Virus record (IMG/VR): IMGVR_UViG_3300022173_000064
Location: 624 to 64,623 of that record
Source of the DNA: a virus
Lineage: Duplodnaviria > Caudoviricetes
Reading direction: 5' to 3' (one strand)
Length of the DNA: 64,000 bases
This document shows, in pieces, positions 63,254-64,000 of this stretch (within the stretch, counting starts at the first letter, position 1; each line of letters begins with the position of its first letter). The notes under the pieces were generated by a model. That model was given only the letters and a program-made list of their open reading frames with translations, was not told the DNA's origin and did not search any database. A program made the position numbers and the translations under genes.

Positions 63254-64000
63254 ATGAGCGGCTATCTTCCTCAGGACGTGGCAAACCAGGCGCTTGATGC
63301 GGCTGGGATCGAGCACACGCTGGGCGACCTGCAGGAAGGCACCCGGCCGGCGCAAGTGATCCTGCGGGCCTACGACCAGAGTATGCGGCAGCTTATGAGG
63401 GCGGCGCACTGGAATTGGTGCCGCAAGACGGCGCCGCTCGTGCTGCTCGCCGACGCCACCGGCCAGACCGCGAACGTCGGCACCGCCGTACCGATTCCGT
63501 GGACCTATGAATATGCGTGGCCGATCGACTGCCTCAAGGTCCGCTTCATTCCGTGGAATTACTACCAGACCCCCACGGTGCCGAGCGGCAACATCGCAAT
63601 CCCGACGACGCCGCTGACCACCGGATTCAATGCCGCGCCACTCACGGGCCAGCGGCTGATCCCGTCGCGGTTCGTGATTGCGACCGATCCGAACTACCCC
63701 CCGCCCCCGGGCCAGCTTATTTTCGACACCCCGGGGGAAAGCCCGATCGCGCGCACGGTCATTCTGTCCAATGTGCAGAATGCGCAGTGCGTCTACACCG
63801 CCTTCAACCCATATCCGAGCGTCTGGGATCCGCTGTTCCGCGAGGCTTTCGTGGCGATGCTGGCGCAGAAGATTGCGCTGCCGCTGGCGAAGGACAAGAA
63901 ATTCGGCATGCAAATGCGCAAGGAGAACATCGAGATCGCGAAGGCGAGCATCAAGGCCGCGCGGGTGGCGGATGGCAACGACGGCTGGTTCTCGAGCGCC
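63254..64000 (+). CDS. Tail tubular protein A / adaptor ring, paralog 3 (3' end outside window; not in ORF track)
   Basis: DVANQALDAAG, HWNWCRK, EYAWPIDCLKVR, WDPLFREAFVAMLAQKIA; open to window end. Confidence 0.8.
   Translation, partial: MSGYLPQDVANQALDAAGIEHTLGDLQEGTRPAQVILRAYDQSMRQLMRAAHWNWCRKTAPLVLLADATGQTANVGTAVPIPWTYEYAWPIDCLKVRFIPWNYYQTPTVPSGNIAIPTTPLTTGFNAAPLTGQRLIPSRFVIATDPNYPPPPGQLIFDTPGESPIARTVILSNVQNAQCVYTAFNPYPSVWDPLFREAFVAMLAQKIALPLAKDKKFGMQMRKENIEIAKASIKAARVADGNDGWFSSA

Noticed and set aside
62780-63913. 377-aa minus-strand ORF
   Set aside because: Shadow across the EndoVII gene and the third tail-ring gene.
1-64000. CRISPR array, rRNA, IS element, host chromosomal genes
   Set aside because: None observed; the repeats seen are coding low-complexity (PAKPAE, poly-Ser, poly-Pro).

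Overview
The whole window is one GC-rich podovirus-like dsDNA phage. Head and tail gene order resembles BPP-1/T7-type phages; an alphaproteobacterial host is inferred. Gene order is circularly permuted: the window starts in the tail module and ends in the genes that normally precede it, so it probably covers almost the entire genome. Modules: tail nozzle and ejection proteins (0.2-15.1 kb), lysis (15.4-18.6 kb), leftward early/recombination genes (18.6-26.8 kb), rightward replication/methylation genes (26.9-32.7 kb), small accessory ORFs (32.8-42 kb), terminases, portal, capsid, head accessories, tailspike and three tail-ring paralogs (38.6-64 kb). I recognised no integrase, CI repressor, DNA or RNA polymerase, reverse transcriptase or CRISPR array. 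Main leads: (1) the 2481-aa ejection protein carries a RelA/SpoT-like domain followed by a nested antisense gene with its own sigma70-type promoter and SD (candidate injected toxin plus hidden antitoxin), and further +1-frame ORFs lie in its linkers; (2) four virion-module proteins, including the tailspike, have Sec-type signal peptides and lie near an O-antigen-ligase-like membrane enzyme; (3) an R-x-R-x-(L/M)-Y motif is shared by the scaffold C-terminus and several small head-region proteins including a Dps; (4) a complete tRNA-Arg(UCU) sits inside a protein-coding ORF. All family assignments come from motif recognition by eye, not database searches.
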